Virus record (IMG/VR): IMGVR_UViG_3300027373_000015
Coordinates: 1-28,624 of that record
Length of the DNA stretch: 28,624 nucleotides
Source: a virus
Taxonomy: Duplodnaviria > Caudoviricetes
Strand: one strand, 5' to 3'
Shown: in pieces, positions 23,329 through 28,624 of the stretch
How positions within the stretch are numbered: position 1 is the stretch's first letter
How the letters are laid out: each line of letters begins with the position of its first letter
The notes under the pieces: generated by a model
Database searches by the model: none
The model's input: only the letters and a program-made list of their open reading frames with translations
Told to the model about the DNA's origin: nothing
Made by a program: the position numbers and the translations under genes

Positions 23329-25119
23329 ATGGCTGTAGCTGGCGGATCAGCAATAATAACATTCGGTTTATCCGTTATATCCACAGGCGGTGCGGTTGCT
23401 GGCGGTCAGGCATTGGCTGAGTTTGTGTCTTCTGTTCAAACTCATGTCCCTGTTGGTGGGGCGGTCGCCGGTGGAGCGGCGCTTTTTTCTGTAGCATTGA
23501 ATTACGTTTCTTCAGGCGGTGCGGTAACCGGTGGTGCTGCTGTTATAGAGTTTCATGGCGCACCGCCGGTACATATTGCTGCTGGTGGCTCTGTTGCCGG
23601 TGGTGCTGCCGATATCAAGGCGTTTTTCTCGGTAGCACCAATAACGAATCCCCCTGTTGATTGGCAGGATGATACCACCCCTGTACCTCCGGGCCCGTCC
23701 GGTTTGCTGCCTGATCTGGCAGCACCGTTGTTGCCTGCTCACCAAAGCCTTACGCCAATCTACGCCCTTACCACCTATATCATCACGCTGAACCTGCAGG
23801 ATATAACCGGGCAGGTTCAGCGCTGCACCATTGATGAGTCAGAAAATCAGGCCTTTGGCACCTGCACCATTGAAATACCGGTAGGTATGGAAATAAAGCA
23901 GAACGATGCAATGTCGGTCACGGTGGATGGAGTGCCGCGCCTGTACCGCGTGGAAGACATCACCCCCACCGGTCCGGCCCGTTCGGTTTGGTGTCGATCC
24001 ATAGCGGCAAGTATTGATGAACCCCATGTAGCAGAGTCCAGCTGGAACAGCTGGGATACCCCCTACACCACTGCAGCTCAATTGGCCACTGCGCTGGCCG
24101 GTACTATTCCGTTAACCTGGTTACTACCTGATTGGGCTCTGCCCAATCGATGGGAATTGACCGGCTACCCGATAGAAGCTCTTCAGCAGCTGGTGGCCAG
24201 CGTGGGGGGGCTTATTGTAAGCAATCCTGATGGCAGCCTGACCGTCCGCAGAAAATGGCCGGTGCGTCCTCCTGATATGGCTGCAGCCACTCCGGTAACA
24301 ACTATTAACCGTGATGTTGCCCTTGAAGATAGTCCCATCACTGCCAAGTTAACTCCCGGCAAAGGGTATGGATCAGTAACTGTGTACGGGTATGATCCAT
24401 CATCATCCCTGCCGGATATTCAGGTTGAAGAATCAAGCCCTGTATTGGCTAAACCTGTGCATGTGCGGCTTTTCTGGCCATACATATCACCACCTCCATT
24501 CAGTTCGTTTATAACCGACGGCACTGCCACCAAGCTGGGTAGTTATGATTATCTGGTGGAGGATGAAGAGGTTATTTTCACCGATGGCACAGCATCAACC
24601 CGTTACCCTATCAAGCGGCTGTACGGGGTGGAATGGATAGGTGCCAACCGTGGCGAAATATGGTGGTTGGAAAACGGCAGCAGCAAAGAAATTTCAACGA
24701 TTGCGCCTAACGCCCGGGGCATTGCAAAAATAACCTACGGTACCCGTTATGAACGCTGGCAATTGACCGGCCAGACAGCAAACAAGTGTCTGTTTGGTGT
24801 CGATGTCGGACGTGGGCAAGTATCCGCAGTGGTAACGTATTCTTCTGGTGGATCAGTGGCACCTGCACTAACTGCCTCCCTGGCGAATGACACGGGGGCA
24901 TGCATTGAAGCCGGCACTGCATTTTTAGACGGATCACGTGCGTATGTATCAGCCACTGCCCAGCTCCCCTTAATGGCCGGGTATCCTGGTGTAGGAGACA
25001 TCGCACTATTTTACGATCCAGTTACCGGCCTTGATGGAAATGGCAAAATTGCGTCAAGCCGAATTGTTCTCGAGCCTGCAAAAACAACACAGGATCTTGA
25101 GGTACATCTACCATGTTAA
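23329..25119 (+). CDS. Tail tip / hub-like protein with N-terminal GGAVAGG repeats
   Basis: Five A/S-V-A/T-GG-x-A repeats, then a hub-like region (ALQQLVASVGG...DGSLTVR). Confidence 0.65.
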   Translation: MAVAGGSAIITFGLSVISTGGAVAGGQALAEFVSSVQTHVPVGGAVAGGAALFSVALNYVSSGGAVTGGAAVIEFHGAPPVHIAAGGSVAGGAADIKAFFSVAPITNPPVDWQDDTTPVPPGPSGLLPDLAAPLLPAHQSLTPIYALTTYIITLNLQDITGQVQRCTIDESENQAFGTCTIEIPVGMEIKQNDAMSVTVDGVPRLYRVEDITPTGPARSVWCRSIAASIDEPHVAESSWNSWDTPYTTAAQLATALAGTIPLTWLLPDWALPNRWELTGYPIEALQQLVASVGGLIVSNPDGSLTVRRKWPVRPPDMAAATPVTTINRDVALEDSPITAKLTPGKGYGSVTVYGYDPSSSLPDIQVEESSPVLAKPVHVRLFWPYISPPPFSSFITDGTATKLGSYDYLVEDEEVIFTDGTASTRYPIKRLYGVEWIGANRGEIWWLENGSSKEISTIAPNARGIAKITYGTRYERWQLTGQTANKCLFGVDVGRGQVSAVVTYSSGGSVAPALTASLANDTGACIEAGTAFLDGSRAYVSATAQLPLMAGYPGVGDIALFYDPVTGLDGNGKIASSRIVLEPAKTTQDLEVHLPC

Positions 25120-25352
25120 GTGGATTACAGCAGCCCCCCGCCACCATAGGCAGTGGACAGGTATTAGAGGCTCTACTTAATGGCCAGTATCGTGTGCTGT
25201 TCAAGGGTGTAAAAACTATTGCAACATCACAGGCCGGAGCGTTGGTACAGGGCCAACAGGTTACTATCGCCAGGACTGAATCAGGCCTGAAAATACTATC
25301 CGCTGGCAGCATCTGTGGTGGCACTGCAGAAGAGGTGGTAATCAATGGGTAA
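25113..25352 (+). CDS. Small tail-region protein (OB-like)
   Basis: Overlapping operon position. Confidence 0.6.
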   Translation: MLSGLQQPPATIGSGQVLEALLNGQYRVLFKGVKTIATSQAGALVQGQQVTIARTESGLKILSAGSICGGTAEEVVING

Positions 25353-25824
25353 TGCAACCGCTTCCACCACAATTGTTTTCGCAGATCAGGCAGTATCACT
25401 TTCAATACAACTGGATGATCTGCTGAATAACAATAAGACCAGCTTTGATTCTGGTGCCACCGTCTATTTTCTGGTTTTTTCCGTGGTGGATGCTATCAGC
25501 GTTAACACCCTCTGCAGCTCTGGAGCCGTGACTTCCAACGGAACAAAGCAAGTGGATGTTACTGAAATCGTTGTCTTTGAAAACACCGCCACGGCCAGTC
25601 TTGATAAATTGCCAAATGGCACGGTCACCTGGTCATGGATGGGTAATGCAGGAGGTGTACCGGTATTTGATGGCCGATCCGTTACGATGCCCAGAAATAC
25701 GGTAGGAGTGCTGCAATGCAGCTATACAACCACTGCCAGATCATTTGCTTTGGCTGGTGTGACCATACCAGACAACCTTGAAGAATTTGACGTTGTTGTT
25801 GTCGCAGAAGGATCTCTGTTATGA
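25345..25824 (+). CDS. Tail-region hypothetical protein
   Basis: GAGGTGG SD; beta-rich. Confidence 0.65.
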   Translation: MGNATASTTIVFADQAVSLSIQLDDLLNNNKTSFDSGATVYFLVFSVVDAISVNTLCSSGAVTSNGTKQVDVTEIVVFENTATASLDKLPNGTVTWSWMGNAGGVPVFDGRSVTMPRNTVGVLQCSYTTTARSFALAGVTIPDNLEEFDVVVVAEGSLL

Positions 25825-26096
25825 GTGCCCTGACCATACATTTTAAGCGCTCTGCATCCTCGCAGCCCAGAGACGTGCTGCTAAAGGTTAAGAACTACTG
25901 TACAGATGCATTGCTACCAGGCGCATCGGTTACAATAACCGGCCCAAATGGTTATTCTTTCACCGGACAGGCATCGCCAACTGGCGAAATTGCGCTGTCT
26001 CAGTTAATACCGGGAGAATACACCGTCAAAACCACCCTGGCAGGTTATGTGCCAAGTGATGCAGACGCGCTTGCCAATGACAGGTTTACTGTCTGA
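25821..26096 (+). CDS. Prealbumin/carboxypeptidase-regulatory-like beta-sandwich protein
   Basis: LPGASVTI...TGEI....LIPGEYTV...GY. Confidence 0.65.
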   Translation: MSALTIHFKRSASSQPRDVLLKVKNYCTDALLPGASVTITGPNGYSFTGQASPTGEIALSQLIPGEYTVKTTLAGYVPSDADALANDRFTV

Positions 26097-27619
26097 TGGC
26101 GGCGATTGAAAAGGTGGTATACCTCTGTGACGGTACCAGAATAGGAGTTGTGTATGATGACAACTGCAGTGGTGGCACATCGTTATCCTTGGATGATCAG
26201 GGTGTGGGTACTATCTCTTTAGTACCTGAATTGCTCCCGCCAAAAATAATTGAATTAAAGATGCTGGCAGACGGCCAAAACCCAAACAGTATAATTCCGC
26301 CACTCACCTGGGAAATGGTACCTGATTCAATCAACGGTGAACCGCCTTACTGGGTTATAGGGGCCCGCATTAAAGGCACTGTTCCGCAGGCCTGCGACTG
26401 GAAAGAAAGCCGCATAAAATCAGCCTTCAATACCTTGCCTATCCTGACACAAAAACCAGCAACCTATGAAATACCAGACAGTAAAGGCGATGTTTTAAAG
26501 GGCGGTGACCTGAGTACCACGGTCACCAATCTATTGACTCCTGGCGAAGGCATCTGGATTGAAAATGATTACAGCCTCACCGATCCTAATGCCAGTTCTG
26601 TGCATTACTGGCGAACCATTGCCATGTCAGGTGGCACTATAGTAGAAAAATGGCCACATGCCACTATTGAAGACCTGTACCAGTATGATGTGGATGTAGA
26701 TGGGGTTGTGTACAACGACCTGCTTCCAACAGATTATTACAATTACAACGTGGGCGAATGGGTATTTGTACTAACTCTGACACCAGCAGCGGTTATTCAG
26801 GACAGAAGCGTATTAAATCCATCATCAATAGGATCATCAAGCCAGATCAGAGTGGCACCATACAACATCAATGGCCATGGTCAGACCCCCGCAATTAAAA
26901 GCTACCTGGTGTCTGAATTCAGCCGCTGGGCTAATATGAGGATTCTTTACGCTATTATAAACAGCATAAACGGGGACACCGAATCAGACCACAGCCTTAA
27001 AACCAACAAAGCGACAATTACCCTTTCCCAAACCGGACAAAGCGTAACTGATGTGCCAATTACCTACTGGTGCCAAAACAACAGCACTACAAAAGCTGCC
27101 CACGCTTTCCAGCCAGGTGATGTCGTCATGGTTGCGTTTGATGGATTCAGAGACACACCTGACAACCAAAATAGCGTTATCATTGGCCATGCAGCCAGCG
27201 TTTACCCATGCACTACCACCACCACGACTACAACAGAATCAACCACTACTACTACCACCACCACAAGCAGTACGACGTCTACGACAACTACCACCACGGT
27301 ACCGCCGGTTTGCAGGTGGGAACGTGAAGATATCAGCACCAGAAACACCTATTCTGGTATTGATGATTACTGCTCAAACTGGCATGCAGATCCAGGGGCT
27401 ACACCTGAATGGAAAAACATGGTGTACGATGATATTGGTGGAGGCGGAAAGTATGTAGAAGACTGGTTTATCACTGGATTTAACGGCGGAACTATCCACT
27501 TTGATACCAGTACAAACGGCATACCTAATGATCACTTTTATTTCACGCCTCCCTATTTTAATTGGGTTGGCGTAAATATCAGAATTGAGAAATATTATTT
27601 GAGGTGGGTATGCGAATAA
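26096..27619 (+). CDS. Putative tail tip / receptor-binding protein with Thr/Ser-rich linker
   Basis: Last structural gene; AF..GD.V.V.F...VIIG motif, 29-residue Thr/Ser tract, distinct C-terminal domain. Confidence 0.65.
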   Translation: MAAIEKVVYLCDGTRIGVVYDDNCSGGTSLSLDDQGVGTISLVPELLPPKIIELKMLADGQNPNSIIPPLTWEMVPDSINGEPPYWVIGARIKGTVPQACDWKESRIKSAFNTLPILTQKPATYEIPDSKGDVLKGGDLSTTVTNLLTPGEGIWIENDYSLTDPNASSVHYWRTIAMSGGTIVEKWPHATIEDLYQYDVDVDGVVYNDLLPTDYYNYNVGEWVFVLTLTPAAVIQDRSVLNPSSIGSSSQIRVAPYNINGHGQTPAIKSYLVSEFSRWANMRILYAIINSINGDTESDHSLKTNKATITLSQTGQSVTDVPITYWCQNNSTTKAAHAFQPGDVVMVAFDGFRDTPDNQNSVIIGHAASVYPCTTTTTTTTESTTTTTTTTSSTTSTTTTTTVPPVCRWEREDISTRNTYSGIDDYCSNWHADPGATPEWKNMVYDDIGGGGKYVEDWFITGFNGGTIHFDTSTNGIPNDHFYFTPPYFNWVGVNIRIEKYYLRWVCE

Positions 27620-28503
27620 TAACCTGCATTCAGGATAATATTTACCTTAATTGGCAAGCTGAGTTGCTGGCGTGGAACTGTCTGCAGCACGGACAGTCAC
27701 TGACCGTGCTTTCAGGATACACTGGCGAACCATCGGAATATGCCGAACGATTAAAAACAACGATTGATAATTATATCAGCATTGAAGATACCCGCCTATT
27801 CAAAGGTTATGCCCCCAGCATTCAGCCGCACCTGCTGGCAAAATATGCCTCAAACAATGATAATGTAGCTGGTCCGGCCCTGCTGGTTGATTCAGACATT
27901 TTGTTTCGCTCGTTGGATTGGCTTAAGGAAATACCACTTGATGGCAAAACGGTTTACGGCAGTGATGTAAAAAGTTATATCAGCGCTGATTATCTGGCTG
28001 GCTGTGATCCAGCCTTATTGTACTTAATGTCCCAGGTGGCCCGTTGCCCTGCAGAAACAATTCAAAGCCACCCGCACAGCATAGGTGCCCAATACCTACT
28101 GCCTAATCTGTTAGATGCAGTCTTCTGGGAAGCCGTCGAACGAACCAGCAACAACCTGCACGCACTGCTGGCCACGTATTCGTGCAGCATCCATCCGGTT
28201 CAAACCTGGACTAGCAGCATGTGGGCCATTCTATGGGAGTTGTATAAAAGAGAACTGGCAGGGCAATTAATAGTTAAAACATGCCCGGAAATGGAATTCT
28301 GTTGGGCCACGGAACCTGAAGACCGGTATTATCAAACAAACATATTGCACTGCTCAGGCGTAACAGCCGACCAGAGAAATCTTTTTTACAAAGGCAACTA
28401 CACCACCATGCCGCCATTTCAAAAAAACCTCTCTCACGTAAAGCCAGGCACTTGCAGCAAAATTTATGCAGAAGCTATTGAGATGTATTCTGAAGTGAGA
28501 TAG
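27610..28503 (+). CDS. Glycosyltransferase-like protein (GT-A DxD), HPAT/SGT1-like motifs
   Basis: YLNWQ, YAPSIQP, LLVDSDILF, WTSSMW, ILH motifs; GAGGTGG SD before ATG 27610. Confidence 0.6.
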   Translation: MRIITCIQDNIYLNWQAELLAWNCLQHGQSLTVLSGYTGEPSEYAERLKTTIDNYISIEDTRLFKGYAPSIQPHLLAKYASNNDNVAGPALLVDSDILFRSLDWLKEIPLDGKTVYGSDVKSYISADYLAGCDPALLYLMSQVARCPAETIQSHPHSIGAQYLLPNLLDAVFWEAVERTSNNLHALLATYSCSIHPVQTWTSSMWAILWELYKRELAGQLIVKTCPEMEFCWATEPEDRYYQTNILHCSGVTADQRNLFYKGNYTTMPPFQKNLSHVKPGTCSKIYAEAIEMYSEVR

Positions 28504-28522
28504 TTAGAGTTAGACCATACAA

Positions 28523-28542
28523 AATGCACCACAATGCACCAC
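28523..28542 (+). repeat. Direct repeat AATGCACCAC x2, candidate integrase arm-type sites
   Basis: Tandem 10-mer about 40 bp from tRNA end. Confidence 0.45.
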
Positions 28543-28547
28543 ATACA

Positions 28548-28575
28548 ACAAGGGCTTACTTTCGTAAGCCCTTGT
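28548..28575 (-). terminator. Hairpin immediately 3' of the tRNA
   Basis: ACAAGGGCTTAC-tttc-GTAAGCCCTTGT perfect 12-bp stem. Confidence 0.65.
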
Positions 28576-28579
28576 AATT

Positions 28580-28624
28580 TGGCGTCCCCTGCAGGATTCG
28601 AACCTGCGACCTACGGCTTAGAAG
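28580..28624 (-). tRNA. tRNA-Arg(TCT), 3' half, truncated by window edge; probable prophage att core
   Basis: Reverse complement CTTCTAAGCCGTAGGTCGCAGGTTCGAATCCTGCAGGGGACGCCA: anticodon loop CT-TCT-AA, T-loop GGTTCGAATCC, CCA end. Confidence 0.9.

Larger units (their letters stand above)
1..28624 (+). mobile_element. Prophage (lambda-like siphovirus), right portion; extends beyond left edge
   Basis: Co-oriented terminase, portal, protease-capsid, tail tube, lysis, tape measure and tail tip genes; no tail sheath; tRNA 3' end at right edge. Confidence 0.95.

Noticed and set aside
27212-27298. Thr tract as a trinucleotide microsatellite or assembly slip
   Set aside because: All four Thr codons are interleaved, indicating protein-level maintenance
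4241-27458. Numerous overlapping alternative-frame and antisense ORFs in the late region
   Set aside because: Shadows of the contiguous, tightly coupled + strand phage genes
26096-28503. Diversity-generating retroelement acting on the tail tip gene
   Set aside because: No reverse transcriptase and no template/variable repeat pair seen in the window

Overview
This window holds the right-hand part of a temperate, lambda-like siphovirus prophage, with essentially all genes on the + strand. It ends at the 3' half of a minus-strand tRNA-Arg(TCT), the likely attachment site. Bases 3827-28503 carry a recognisable late region: terminase, portal, ClpP-capsid fusion, head-tail genes, tail tube, an accessory structural block, lysis genes, a frameshifted tail chaperone, tape measure, tail tip genes and a glycosyltransferase-like gene. 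The unusual part is 1-3750, an array of at least 10 integron attC-like hairpin sites, each separating one small phage-type ORF. Extrahelical-base asymmetry and one exact 291-bp cassette duplication indicate that the sites are inverted relative to canonical integrons, so each attC body travels with the gene downstream of it. All 9 long sites carry a purine-rich SD-like stretch and a start codon in the loop, and translation reads through the right arm into the cargo gene or couples to it. The array ends in an attI-like simple site, no integron integrase is present in the window, and the array continues past the left edge. All calls are by eye, no searches were run, and the host cannot be determined from this window.
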